A stretch of DNA of 64,000 nucleotides from Candidatus Woesebacteria bacterium (GCA_016432365.1 CP066686.1:1002918-1066917); one strand, 5' to 3'; counted from the first letter of the stretch, positions 37,673 through 47,390 are shown. Made by a program: numbers and translations. The notes: a model not told the origin generated them from the letters alone.

Positions 37673-40398
37673 CTTCCCCTGGGTTTTTTCAAAATCCAAA
37701 ACAAAGTTGTTATCCCCAATAATGCCCCACCCCATTCCAATAGTTGAGGCCAGAAAAGAATGTAGATAACAGATCTTTGATCTAAGATTTCTGGGTTCAA
37801 CAACCAACCATTTGACCAGGAATTAACTTTAACATGTTCTAAAACCTTAAATCGCAAATCCTGAATCATAAATCCGATCCACCCCGGATCGAACCCCTGA
37901 TCTAACTGTATCAATCCCCTATCTTGTACATCAACTATGTACATCCAAGTGCCATATTTTTTAACATTTGTTATCTTTAAATCATTATTTGACAAGATGT
38001 CGCCTTGTAAATTTTGCAGATAGTTGAAATCAACCGCATAGAATTCAACTTTTGATAGCAGATTTTCTGAAGAAAGTCGGCCAAAAGATCTTGTTTCAAG
38101 ATTTAAAATATAACCGCTGCCGGTGACATTTTTAGAATAAATAAAATAACTTTCGTCGAACTTTCCGGCAGGAAGAATCTCCTCCAGGTCCGGAACTTGA
38201 GACTTTTCATTGAACAAATAAATTTTAAGACTTCTACCTTGTTTGTTTTCCCCGGCAATTCTCAAAACATAAGCCTGAGAATAATTCAACTCGGGGTAAG
38301 AAAGATAATCGCATGAAGCTCCACCATTCTCAGCCCTAAACAAAATTCCATCGCTTGAATTATTTTTTGATACTTTCCCCGCCTTCTTCAAATCACAATT
38401 AAATGCCGATGGAAATCCCCGGTTAACAGAAAGGTCTTCAAATACCGATGGATATCCTGAAGGCAAATTAGGAACAATTCTGACGGGTTTATCCGGACCG
38501 ACATAATCTCCGTTTGTTATATAAATTGGATCGATCGGTGAATACGAAAAGTCGGAATTCGTTCGGACAAATTGTGAAGGGGTTGAAACTTCACCCCCAA
38601 AACCAGTCTCATAAATTGTCAAAAATCCAAACGATGCAACTTGTTTGATTCCGTTTTCAACAAAAATATTTTTTAGTTCCTGGATTTTTAGAATGTCTTG
38701 ATTCCCACCGGGATTAACTATTGATTCATCGATAAGTAAATACTTAACCTGATATTTTTTAAGGGTGGACAAAAACGCTTCGGAGTCATCCGAATATAGC
38801 GCAAAAGATACTTGATTGAAAAAGTTTTCGTTGCCAACGCTCCACCTGTCAAAATCCCTATATAAAATCGTGTCGCGGGTACCGTATGTCAAAAACCCCG
38901 ATCCTTCATATCCCCAATTCCTGTATTCCCACCCATACTTGGAATTGATTGGGAAAAGGGCAACTCTCCCCTCAGGGTGGGTGTTAAACCAGCTGAACAT
39001 CTGTCGATACTCCGAAGGGAATTCCAGACGTACATTATGTCCAACCAGCCAGCCGTTAAAAGCCGGAAGCATAAAATATATAAGGCCCGTTACCCCCCCT
39101 GCAAAAAACAGAATTTTGATAAATACTACAAAGGCCTTCAAAGGTCGGGCCTTTAAAGTAAGAAAAACGAATGCAAAATAACCAAAATAAAATGAAGCAA
39201 CAACTTCAAACAAAACCGAAAATTTTGTAAAAGGCATTCTGAACCCTTCGGCAAAGACCCTAAAATTGTTATACAAATATGAGTAAAGTCCCCCGATAGG
39301 AGGATTAATGTTTACCAAAAAGAACAAACAAAATAAAAGAAACGGAATAAATGCCAGTGCCACTTTTTGACGTTTGAGTATCCCAGTAATAAAGCCAAGA
39401 ATGGATACTCCGCTCAAAATATAGCCAGTGAAGACAACGGCCGGAATTGATAAATATTTTATCCAAACGTCGAGTAAATCCACGAATTGGTTTTTGGCAA
39501 AATCAAAATTCCGCCAGCCAAAAAGAAAGTTTTTTTGCAACAATATATCTTTAAAATCTCCATAGTCCCGGTTTCTAAGAAATGCTTCGGAGCTAAAAAG
39601 ACGGTTTATATTTGAATTGGAGATTACGCTTGATTGAGTGACGATTGAATAAATATTCGGCAAAATCCAAAATAAATTTAAAAACACAGCGATAGCCCCC
39701 AACTTTATGAGTTTTCCCAATTTAATCTTTTTAGCCGGCGAAACTATCAGGTATGTGGTAAAAAAAATAAATATTCCGGCAAATGTGGCATACCAAAGTG
39801 TGGAAGCATAGGCCATCGGTGAAGATAAAATCACCACAATCGACCAAAATATTAAATTTGGCCTTTTCCCCTCTCTGATATATTTAAGTCCGGAAAATAT
39901 CAACCACGGAGTAAACGCAAAAGCCGCAGGAAACATTTCAAATGGAACAAAAAAGTTTTGCAGAGTCCCAAGATTCAGAAGATAAAAAAGTGCCCCCAAA
40001 AATGCGGCAGGAAAAATCCAAACACTTTCTTTTTCAATTTGAAAAACATATTTAAGAAAAAAATAGACTCCCAACGGGCCTAAAATCAGACAAAGAAAAA
40101 TATAGGAATAACGGAGAAAGGAAACAGGTAAAACAAAAGACTCAAGCCACAAAAAAATTATTCTTGGCAGATCTGCCATATGCGAGTGTGCTGCAACTGC
40201 CCCCACTCCCTGCTCCATACGAAAAACACCGTCTGTGGCGCGCCTAAAGGCCTCAGGGAAGTTGAATTCTGGGTGCAACGAGTCCCAACCAATCAAATAG
40301 GTTCCGGGGGTGTAATTCTTGAAACACAAAAGGATTGTGACTGCAATTATGGTAAGTGGAAATAAATATTGAATGAAGTTCTTTCTAATTTTAAACAT
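37669..40398 (-). CDS. Large (909 aa) polytopic membrane protein with C-terminal extracytoplasmic domain (GT-C/YfhO-like glycosyltransferase candidate)
   Basis: About 14 TM helices in the N-terminal 520 aa, then a ~380-aa soluble domain. Overall GT-C-like topology (inference). Confidence 0.45.
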   Translation of the reverse strand: MFKIRKNFIQYLFPLTIIAVTILLCFKNYTPGTYLIGWDSLHPEFNFPEAFRRATDGVFRMEQGVGAVAAHSHMADLPRIIFLWLESFVLPVSFLRYSYIFLCLILGPLGVYFFLKYVFQIEKESVWIFPAAFLGALFYLLNLGTLQNFFVPFEMFPAAFAFTPWLIFSGLKYIREGKRPNLIFWSIVVILSSPMAYASTLWYATFAGIFIFFTTYLIVSPAKKIKLGKLIKLGAIAVFLNLFWILPNIYSIVTQSSVISNSNINRLFSSEAFLRNRDYGDFKDILLQKNFLFGWRNFDFAKNQFVDLLDVWIKYLSIPAVVFTGYILSGVSILGFITGILKRQKVALAFIPFLLFCLFFLVNINPPIGGLYSYLYNNFRVFAEGFRMPFTKFSVLFEVVASFYFGYFAFVFLTLKARPLKAFVVFIKILFFAGGVTGLIYFMLPAFNGWLVGHNVRLEFPSEYRQMFSWFNTHPEGRVALFPINSKYGWEYRNWGYEGSGFLTYGTRDTILYRDFDRWSVGNENFFNQVSFALYSDDSEAFLSTLKKYQVKYLLIDESIVNPGGNQDILKIQELKNIFVENGIKQVASFGFLTIYETGFGGEVSTPSQFVRTNSDFSYSPIDPIYITNGDYVGPDKPVRIVPNLPSGYPSVFEDLSVNRGFPSAFNCDLKKAGKVSKNNSSDGILFRAENGGASCDYLSYPELNYSQAYVLRIAGENKQGRSLKIYLFNEKSQVPDLEEILPAGKFDESYFIYSKNVTGSGYILNLETRSFGRLSSENLLSKVEFYAVDFNYLQNLQGDILSNNDLKITNVKKYGTWMYIVDVQDRGLIQLDQGFDPGWIGFMIQDLRFKVLEHVKVNSWSNGWLLNPEILDQRSVIYILFWPQLLEWGGALLGITTLFWILKKPRGS

Positions 40399-40494
40399 TT
40401 CGTCTCAATTAATGATACTCAATCATTCGCTGAGACGAAAGGGCAACCTATCTCTTCAAAAGAAGAAAAAGGTTGCCCAAGATCGAGGCTTTTC

Positions 40495-41610
40495 TTAACG
40501 GGTAACCAGAGTGGTCAAATCGAGCAAAAGCTCGTTGCCTGAAACAAAGACCACCTGGATGTGAACACCTTTGCACCCCATAGGTACCGAACAATTGGCA
40601 CCTGCATTCTGCAGATTGGGAGGATTCAACGCGGAATTCAGGTTCATCATGGTGTTGGCACCATGACTGGTTAAGGCCCAAATAGCCATATCCAACGCGT
40701 TCCCGTTGAAATAGCGGGCATGCAGTCTGAATCCTTGTCCAAAGACACCGGTGAAATCGGAGGTTACACCGCCGACGTTCACGATCACGAGCATGCAACC
40801 GATTCGTGTGCCGCTTTCCTTACAGGAACCGATATTCGGAATGTCGTAATCTCCCGAAAAGTAAAAGTAGTGTTCAGCTGCGACCGGTATACGACAAGCT
40901 TCCCCCGCCAATTGCTGGCAGAAGTTGGACTCGTCCATGGCCGATTCCAGCCCGTCCGGAACTTGATTACCGTTAATTACACGGAACTCCGGAACCAACG
41001 GGTTGGGAACATTCGGAAACGTAGGCCAAAGCTCCGGGGCAACTTTCCGCAGGTTCCATTTGCTGGTGCTCTGCCGGAAAGTAGTACCGTCACCGCGGTT
41101 CTTATCTGCCCCAGCAAGCCAGGTGACCTTCCAATCAGCTGATTTAATCTGGCTCGGTACCGCAGTCGCTGTCGGCAAGACAACCGGTGTCGGCGTAGGC
41201 AACACAGGTGTTGCAGTTGGTGGTACAAATGTGGCAGTAGGCAATGCCGCGGGAACATCGTTCACGAGCGGAGGGACTTGGTATTCCACATCATTGTAAA
41301 ATAGACGTGTGATATCCCAGTATTTATCGGCGCCGCAAACCAACACACTGCCAGTAAACGGAGCCTTTTGGGCACTCCACAAACCAATCGCCCCGACGTC
41401 TCCACACTGTGACATCTTTTCGACGGTAACACCCGCCGGCAAGGGCTGTAAAACCGGAGCATCTGCATCCGCGAGTGGTTTGGCCTTTGGTCTGAAAAAC
41501 AAAAAGACCAGAATCAGACCAAGTATAAACGCCGTCCCCACAATAGTCAGCAACAAGTTGCGGACCTGGTTTGGATTGGAGTTTGAATACCAATTCCATA
41601 TACGTGTCAT
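40495..41610 (-). CDS. Secreted/anchored protein with Pro/Thr-rich linker and Cys-containing C-domain (start reassigned to internal Met)
   Basis: AAGGAGGTG Shine-Dalgarno sequence precedes MTRIWNW. The upstream part of ORF 40495..41670 contains a terminator hairpin. TM, then PTATPVLPTPTPVVLPTATAVP linker. Confidence 0.45.
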   Translation of the reverse strand: MTRIWNWYSNSNPNQVRNLLLTIVGTAFILGLILVFLFFRPKAKPLADADAPVLQPLPAGVTVEKMSQCGDVGAIGLWSAQKAPFTGSVLVCGADKYWDITRLFYNDVEYQVPPLVNDVPAALPTATFVPPTATPVLPTPTPVVLPTATAVPSQIKSADWKVTWLAGADKNRGDGTTFRQSTSKWNLRKVAPELWPTFPNVPNPLVPEFRVINGNQVPDGLESAMDESNFCQQLAGEACRIPVAAEHYFYFSGDYDIPNIGSCKESGTRIGCMLVIVNVGGVTSDFTGVFGQGFRLHARYFNGNALDMAIWALTSHGANTMMNLNSALNPPNLQNAGANCSVPMGCKGVHIQVVFVSGNELLLDLTTLVTR

Positions 41611-41641
41611 TTTGCACCTCCTTAGATGCGTAGTTGTAAAT

Positions 41642-41665
41642 ACAAAAAATTCTCTGGCCAGAGAA
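41642..41665 (-). terminator. Rho-independent terminator for the sortase-substrate gene
   Basis: Minus strand reads TTCTCTGGCCAGAGAA (perfect palindrome) followed by TTTTTTGT. Confidence 0.45.
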
Positions 41666-41684
41666 CTCATCTAACGATGAGAGT

Positions 41685-41716
41685 CTAGATACTAGATACT
41701 AGATACTAGATACTAG
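41685..41716. repeat. CTAGATA heptamer tandem repeat, about 4.6 copies
   Basis: ctagatactagatactagatactagatactag read directly. Confidence 0.6.
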
Positions 41717-41827
41717 TCCCCAGAATCTCACCGTCAGGAGTAAAAAGCCAGAATTTTGCCTCGATTTGTTAAAGTACCCTTCGACTACGCTCAGGGTTAT
41801 AACCCTCGCAAAAAAAGAGAGCCACCC

Positions 41828-42079
41828 TTAAACGCGTGAAGCCTTAAATCTTTTAGAAAGTATCACAGTAAAAACTGAAGCACCAAGAAGTCCAAGGCCG
41901 ATCAAACCCCAATTATCACCCAAGCCTGTCTCTACCGGAACATGAGTTTTAACTCCACAAACTACACCTCCCCCGTAAGGTTGGGGGCAAATGACGTTTT
42001 CATCCTCCGCGAGAACTACATTGGCCAATAGCGAAAAGCTAATTGTGAATAATGCAAAAGCCAAAAATAATTTCTTCAT
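41828..42079 (-). CDS. Minimal sortase substrate: signal peptide, short mature region, VPVETG motif, hydrophobic helix, KRFKASRV tail
   Basis: MKKLFLAFALFTISFSLLANVVLA signal. ...HVPVETG-LGDNWGLIGLGLLGASVFTVIL-SKRFKASRV has the classic tripartite sorting-signal layout. Directly downstream of the sortase gene. Confidence 0.5.
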   Translation of the reverse strand: MKKLFLAFALFTISFSLLANVVLAEDENVICPQPYGGGVVCGVKTHVPVETGLGDNWGLIGLGLLGASVFTVILSKRFKASRV

Positions 42080-42127
42080 AATTATCCGGCTATTTTATCT
42101 TATGAAACTTGGGTTGTCAACATTACA

Positions 42128-42154
42128 GGACATGTACCAGTCGGTACATGTTCC
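42128..42154. promoter_or_regulatory. Near-perfect 27-bp palindrome GGACATGTACC-AGTCG-GTACATGTTCC (copy 1), candidate operator
   Basis: Lies between the sortase and its substrate gene. Same half-sites recur at 62033..62061. Confidence 0.35.
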
Positions 42155-42178
42155 ACTTGTCAGGCTGTACATGTTTCG

Positions 42179-42874
42179 CTAAATTTGTATCATCCGTGCA
42201 TATAAGAAGATTCTTTCGGGGCCACTAAGTGTCTCGCAGGTATAAAGTATTAGGTCAGCCGTATAATCGGTGATTTCCCGGGCCTTATCCACTTTATAAA
42301 CTTCGTAAGTATATTTTCTTTGCCTCCAGGTAATTTGGATTGTATCCCCCGTTTTGACCTTTGGTAAATTGTAGAAAGAATTTTTGTGCCTAAAAGAATT
42401 AGTCCAAGCCAGGTAGCCAAACCTGTGTGCAGCGAGAATTACGGGACTCCCGGTTTCGTTTGGCACGCCAAAATCCGACACTCTCCAAACACCTCGCCTC
42501 AAGGCTTCTTCGTAATTATCGTATGTAGCCTCCTGAACGGGTGTATCAACTCCGATTGACGTAATTGTAAGGTGGTTAATAATAGGCAGCTTAGAGTCAA
42601 ATGGGGGCATATACTTCCTTTGACCGGTCTCACCTATTACATTTAGAATTTTGATCTCGCTTTGCGAAAGTTGAAAATTGGCAGTTTGACTGCCCACCTC
42701 AGTCTGAATCCAAAACCAGATGCTCGGCGAGTATGAAATCAGAATCAAAATAATTCCGGCCACAGTAAAAAACCACGCAACGTTGTAGAAACCTGATTTT
42801 GGTGGTTTAGATTTTACCGGAGGGGAATCTTTTTTGGAGCTTACGTATTTATGATATAAGACGACTTCGGGCAT
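42179..42874 (-). CDS. Sortase-family transpeptidase
   Basis: N-terminal TM. His in ILAAHRFGY. Catalytic Cys in LILYTCET (TLxTC-like). Downstream Arg. Confidence 0.65.
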   Translation of the reverse strand: MPEVVLYHKYVSSKKDSPPVKSKPPKSGFYNVAWFFTVAGIILILISYSPSIWFWIQTEVGSQTANFQLSQSEIKILNVIGETGQRKYMPPFDSKLPIINHLTITSIGVDTPVQEATYDNYEEALRRGVWRVSDFGVPNETGSPVILAAHRFGYLAWTNSFRHKNSFYNLPKVKTGDTIQITWRQRKYTYEVYKVDKAREITDYTADLILYTCETLSGPERIFLYARMIQI

Positions 42875-43397
42875 GTAATTAATATTACCTCAATTTCGTT
42901 CTTTAGGAGCGGGTAGATTTCCTGCCCTAAAATCCACCCGTCCCTGAAAAACAAAATTAGTTAGATAGCCCACTCAAAGGCCCTTGACAACTTATGGTAT
43001 CCGATTTAGTCTGATTACGATTTGTCTTTCACCCTGTCCGCAAGACAAATCCCGTGTCCAAACGTTTGACTACGTTTGGTTTAGTTTTTAAAGAGCATCT
43101 CTATTCGTGGCGCGTCCCTTTAATTTTAGAGGAGAACCCAACGATGGCGATGCTCTTTTTTTCTCCGCGTAGCTTCACGCGAAGTGGGGTTAACCCCATT
43201 CATTTCAACGTTCAAAAAGATGTTAATACTTTTGATGTCAGTTGTCAAACCCCATAACATATTTGCTCGGCAAAATAAGCACTCCTATAATCTTTTTAGC
43301 CTAACTTTTGGCCGAATTTTCGGGCAATTTATTTACTCAAAATAAAATGTGGATAACTATCTAATATCTCGTTGTTGTGCGTGAGCTATCAAATATG

Positions 43398-43426
43398 TTT
43401 GCAACTTATGGTGCGCTGTGTATAAT
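43398..43426 (+). promoter_or_regulatory. Sigma70-type promoter TTTGCA-17-TATAAT driving a leaderless transcript
   Basis: -35 at 43398-43403 and -10 at 43421-43426. ATG at 43433 sits about 7 nt downstream of the -10. Confidence 0.45.
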
Positions 43427-43432
43427 ACAGGC

Positions 43433-44062
43433 ATGACAGAACGATTGCACCACGGCGTTATTGCATATGCCACCTCTCCCCGTCCTCCCGATTGGCTGCA
43501 CGACATCAACTGGAAAGCTTACTTGGATCGTTATAATTTGAGAGAAAGCGGAAGTCCGTTTTTTGTAAACGAAACAAGAATCATAGATCATGTAGCAGGA
43601 TCCGTTATAGAAAAAGCTCTCAGTTTTCCTGAAAACACTGGCAAAAAAGGAGTTGTCCTCGCAATCGGCCACCGAGGTGACCTTTACATACCTCCCGTAG
43701 CAGTTAAATATGGCGAGATAAATGCCAGTGATCCGGAATTCATCAACAAACTTAATAAATACACCTATTACGCGCTTTTTAAATCTCATTTTCTTATTCA
43801 ACACACCGAGCTTTTTGCTTCCCAGCAAAACTTGAAGCTTCCCGAGGGTGAGGTATGGAAAATCGACAATAATAACTTGCCGGGTGGAGCAATCGCATTT
43901 AAAAACGGTGTTGTTCTCGGAGTTTCCGGGCTGGCAACAGGAGAACAAGACTCTGCTTTGGTGCTTGCGATCGGGGTTAAAGCCCACTTGGTGCGTCCTC
44001 AGGTCGCTGCCGGTATGGCCAAAGATATTGGGTTCGCACGGGAATACCAAAAATTCATCTGA
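43433..44062 (+). CDS. Protein with C-terminal GlcG/HbpS-like (DUF336) domain
   Basis: GGAIAFKNGVVLGVSGLATGEQDSALVLA matches the GlcG-family core. First Met of the track ORF (43418) lies within the TATAAT box, so the start was moved to 43433. Opposite-strand ORF 43406..44050 rejected. Confidence 0.5.
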   Translation: MTERLHHGVIAYATSPRPPDWLHDINWKAYLDRYNLRESGSPFFVNETRIIDHVAGSVIEKALSFPENTGKKGVVLAIGHRGDLYIPPVAVKYGEINASDPEFINKLNKYTYYALFKSHFLIQHTELFASQQNLKLPEGEVWKIDNNNLPGGAIAFKNGVVLGVSGLATGEQDSALVLAIGVKAHLVRPQVAAGMAKDIGFAREYQKFI

Positions 44063-45497
44063 GAGAAATCTTCTTTATCGCCTGACTTAAAAAGGCTACG
44101 TCTTTTGAGCTTACAGGTATTGTAAACCCCATTCTTTTAGCCTCTTTCAATCTTTTATCCTGGGCTACTACTTCGCGGATTTCTCCAAGAAGTCCAACTT
44201 CCCCCACCGCAATGACTTTAGGAGAGATCGGCTTGTCGTAATATGACGAAGCTACAGCCAAACAAATTGCCAAATCGCTTGCCGGTTCTGTTACTTTTAG
44301 TCCCCCTGCAACATTTACAAAAACATCGTGATCATACATTGGAAGTCCACATCTTCGGGTTAATACCGCGAGTAAAAGTTCCAGACGTCTTGAGTCAATT
44401 CCTTGCGCAACCCTACGAGGAATGGCCAATTTTGTGGGAATAACAAGGGCTTGAATTTCTACCAAAAGAGGGCGTGTTCCCTGCATAACCGAGGTCACAA
44501 CACTACCCGAAACATTCTTAATTCCTTTCTCAAGAAAGGCTTTTTCCAAATCAGCTATTGGCATAAGCCCCGTATCCCGCATCTCAAATACACCTACTTC
44601 ATCCGTGGGACCAAACCTATTTTTAACTGCCCTCAAAACACGTGTAGTTAGGGTCTTGTCACCTTCAAACCATAAAACCGTATCAACTATATGGGCCAGT
44701 ACAGCAGGTCCGGCAACAGTACCTTCTTTGGTAACGTGCCCCACAAGAAACAGTGGAATCTTTTTCTCTTTAGCAGCATGTAGAAGTCGGTTGGCACACT
44801 CACGGACTTGTCCTACACTCCCCGCCATGCCGGAAAGATCGGATGTAGTCATGGTTTGAATTGAATCGACTATAACAGCGGATAGCGAAGAGCTAAGCGT
44901 TAAAAGCGATTCGATAACACTATCTACATCTGTGTCTTCCAGCATTTGAATCCCCTTACTTTTGACTCCCAATCTTTTTGCTCTAATGGCAACCTGATTG
45001 GCAGACTCTTCACCACAGACATACAAAACCGAAGACTGATGCAAGAGATTTGAAGTCTGATTGTGAAGTTTGACATTCGAAGTTTGAAGTCCGATTTCAG
45101 TTTTCTCATTTCCAACTTCATCATCTTGTTTCACTCTTCCATCGTCTGATTTCGACAGATTGTCAGCCAGTTGCGTCAAAAGGGTGGATTTACCTATGCC
45201 AGGTTCACCTGCAATAAGCACAACCTGTCCCGGAACCAGCCCTCCGCCAAGTACACGGTCCAGTTCGGAAATTTTTGTTGAAATGCGTTTTGTATCCGCC
45301 TGTTTTATATCCGAAAGGTTTATTGGCTTTGAGTTTGAGACTTTTGAGCCTTGTTTCGAATTTCGAATTTGAGATTTCGAGCTTTCTGTGACTGTTTCTA
45401 CAAGCGTATTCCACTGGTCACAGTTAGGGCACTTCCCCATCCAACCGGTAGATTCATAGCCACATTGTTGACAAACATATTTTGAATGAAAAGCCAT
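44055..45497 (-). CDS. radA: DNA repair protein RadA/Sms with low-complexity insertions
   Basis: C4 zinc finger CQQCGYESTGWMGKCPNCDQWNT. Walker A GEPGIGKST. KNRFGPTDEVGVFEM motif. Lon-like C-terminus. An extra ~40-aa K/D/Q-rich insert follows Walker A. Confidence 0.85.
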   Translation of the reverse strand: MAFHSKYVCQQCGYESTGWMGKCPNCDQWNTLVETVTESSKSQIRNSKQGSKVSNSKPINLSDIKQADTKRISTKISELDRVLGGGLVPGQVVLIAGEPGIGKSTLLTQLADNLSKSDDGRVKQDDEVGNEKTEIGLQTSNVKLHNQTSNLLHQSSVLYVCGEESANQVAIRAKRLGVKSKGIQMLEDTDVDSVIESLLTLSSSLSAVIVDSIQTMTTSDLSGMAGSVGQVRECANRLLHAAKEKKIPLFLVGHVTKEGTVAGPAVLAHIVDTVLWFEGDKTLTTRVLRAVKNRFGPTDEVGVFEMRDTGLMPIADLEKAFLEKGIKNVSGSVVTSVMQGTRPLLVEIQALVIPTKLAIPRRVAQGIDSRRLELLLAVLTRRCGLPMYDHDVFVNVAGGLKVTEPASDLAICLAVASSYYDKPISPKVIAVGEVGLLGEIREVVAQDKRLKEAKRMGFTIPVSSKDVAFLSQAIKKISLR

Positions 45498-45584
45498 GAG
45501 CCAATAATACCAATACTACGAATTAATACCAGAGCATTATGTCCAATATTGAAAACTACTAAATTATATAGTCATATTAAAACA

Positions 45585-45645
45585 TAGAATTCCTATATAC
45601 CGAACTCAAGACAAAGACGATATTTTGTTTTGAGTTCGCTATAGG
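45585..45645. repeat. About 60-bp palindromic element (copy 2) in the divergent radA/metalloprotease promoter region
   Basis: GAATTCCTATATACCGAACTCAAGACAAAGACGATATTTTGTTTTGAGTTCGCTATAGG. Homologous to 28196..28270. Confidence 0.4.
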
Positions 45646-45700
45646 TTATAATCCCCCTTGCGTGTTTGTTCGTTAACAAAAAATCAAAAAGGAGGCTCTT

Positions 45701-46729
45701 GTGAGCAAAAATCGCAAAATCTTTTGGACAGTTATTATTGTTGTCCAATTAATTACATGGCCCTTTAATATAGTCATGTGGTCTCGAATCTACGAGGCAA
45801 AAAGGGCAGTTGTGCCCGTAGCACCACCCGTCAGTTTACCAACAGCCATCACAAATCAGGGCGGTCTCTATGAATACTGTGTGATCAATGAAAACTCACC
45901 TGATTCAAGCAGACACATGGCCGGAACTGACGTTCCCGATATGCCGGTTCCTATTAATCCAACAGGGACACCCGAGGTGGTTCGGGAAATTGCGACTCTT
46001 CCGGTCCCAACCAAACCGGCAAACAAGATACCGATATCCCGATCTGATATTGAAGTATCTAAACGGTTCTCCCAAAAGAACTTTCATATTGTGATTGTTG
46101 GATTTGGCTTTTCCAAAACCGAAATACCGGTAGTCATGGCGGAGTTGATTGAAAGAATCCAAAAAAACTTCGAGGGAGTTGATGTTGATTTTTCATATCT
46201 AAAAATTCCAATGGAGGCTGAATTCGATCATGTGGGTCCGGAAGTATACTTCAAGAATGAGTCATACAAACAAAATTTGTTTGATTCCATTAGGGCTGTA
46301 TACCCAATGGACAGCATGATTTCAGGAATCAATACAAATCTCGGATTAGGAACGTCTCAAGGTACGTCTGCGATATTTACAATTAACGATATGTATGTGG
46401 CTACCTTTATAATGACCCACGAGATTGGACACCAGTTCGGAATTGGTGACGGTTACCATTATTCATACCCTCCTGGATGGATCCCAAATAGTGAACTTTT
46501 TTATCTAGACCAAATGCCTCCGAATTTGGCCAGGGCCGTCAAAGAACTCGGACACACCCCACCGATGTATCTTATGGGTACCTGCCAAGGCAAACCTGTA
46601 TATCAATTCTATGATACAAAGTTCAACATCTATGGGGACTGGGAACCAACCGGGCCTAATCCTTGGGGTGATTCACCTTTCACTCCTCTACAAATACTGA
46701 TCATGAATGATTACATTCGTGACCGATGA
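45701..46729 (+). CDS. Membrane-anchored putative zinc metallopeptidase (HEXXH)
   Basis: N-terminal TM. MTHEIGHQFGIGDGYHY contains HEIGH with a downstream Gly/Asp. Confidence 0.45.
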   Translation: MSKNRKIFWTVIIVVQLITWPFNIVMWSRIYEAKRAVVPVAPPVSLPTAITNQGGLYEYCVINENSPDSSRHMAGTDVPDMPVPINPTGTPEVVREIATLPVPTKPANKIPISRSDIEVSKRFSQKNFHIVIVGFGFSKTEIPVVMAELIERIQKNFEGVDVDFSYLKIPMEAEFDHVGPEVYFKNESYKQNLFDSIRAVYPMDSMISGINTNLGLGTSQGTSAIFTINDMYVATFIMTHEIGHQFGIGDGYHYSYPPGWIPNSELFYLDQMPPNLARAVKELGHTPPMYLMGTCQGKPVYQFYDTKFNIYGDWEPTGPNPWGDSPFTPLQILIMNDYIRDR

Positions 46730-46793
46730 CAAACACGCAACCGGTGGGACACACAAGAATTAAATTTTTGTGTCCCACCGGAACTACTAAAAA

Positions 46794-47390
46794 TTATTTA
46801 CACTGAAGTTGACCTAGAGTGCTACAAAGCTTATTGGTAAAACACTTGTTATAGACAGCCGAACATTTAAACCCGGCGGCACAAGTGCCATCACTGCTAC
46901 ATTTGGGAGAACGGCTGAGAAAGCTTGCCCAACTACCCCCACTACCTCCACCACCCGTTGCACCAAAGGCTATACATTTAAGATCCTCGGGATCTGAGGT
47001 TGCATTATTATAAGCACAATACCCATTTTGATTATTAGCACAACACGAATCATCCGGTTTACCACCTTTACAATCTCCGGTACTAGTACAACCACCGCCT
47101 CCGCCCCCACCGCCCCCACCACCTGAAGAGTCGCAACTACCGGGTGGAACAAAGCAAGAAGCACCCTGATGGTCTGTATTGATCACACAAGTGCCGAGAC
47201 AACCGTTATTCATACAAGGGAAACCTAGAACATCTACATGACAATATCCTTCGGCTTTCGACCTAAAAATCTGAGGTTGACTTACAAGAACAACAACTGC
47301 GGCAACCACAGCAATCAAAAAAACTACACCGATTATTCGCACCAGGGAAAATTTCTTGTATTTTAACCTCATTTTTTTAGAAGTACGCAT
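46794..47390 (-). CDS. Cys-rich secreted/anchored small protein with poly-Gly tract
   Basis: N-terminal TM. About 20 Cys. GGGGGGGGGG run. High-GC segment. Confidence 0.4.
   Translation of the reverse strand: MRTSKKMRLKYKKFSLVRIIGVVFLIAVVAAVVVLVSQPQIFRSKAEGYCHVDVLGFPCMNNGCLGTCVINTDHQGASCFVPPGSCDSSGGGGGGGGGGGCTSTGDCKGGKPDDSCCANNQNGYCAYNNATSDPEDLKCIAFGATGGGGSGGSWASFLSRSPKCSSDGTCAAGFKCSAVYNKCFTNKLCSTLGQLQCK

Noticed and set aside
43406-44050. 214-aa minus-strand ORF fully overlapping 43418..44062
   Set aside because: The plus-strand frame has a recognisable GlcG/DUF336 core and its own consensus promoter. The minus frame is an overlap shadow.
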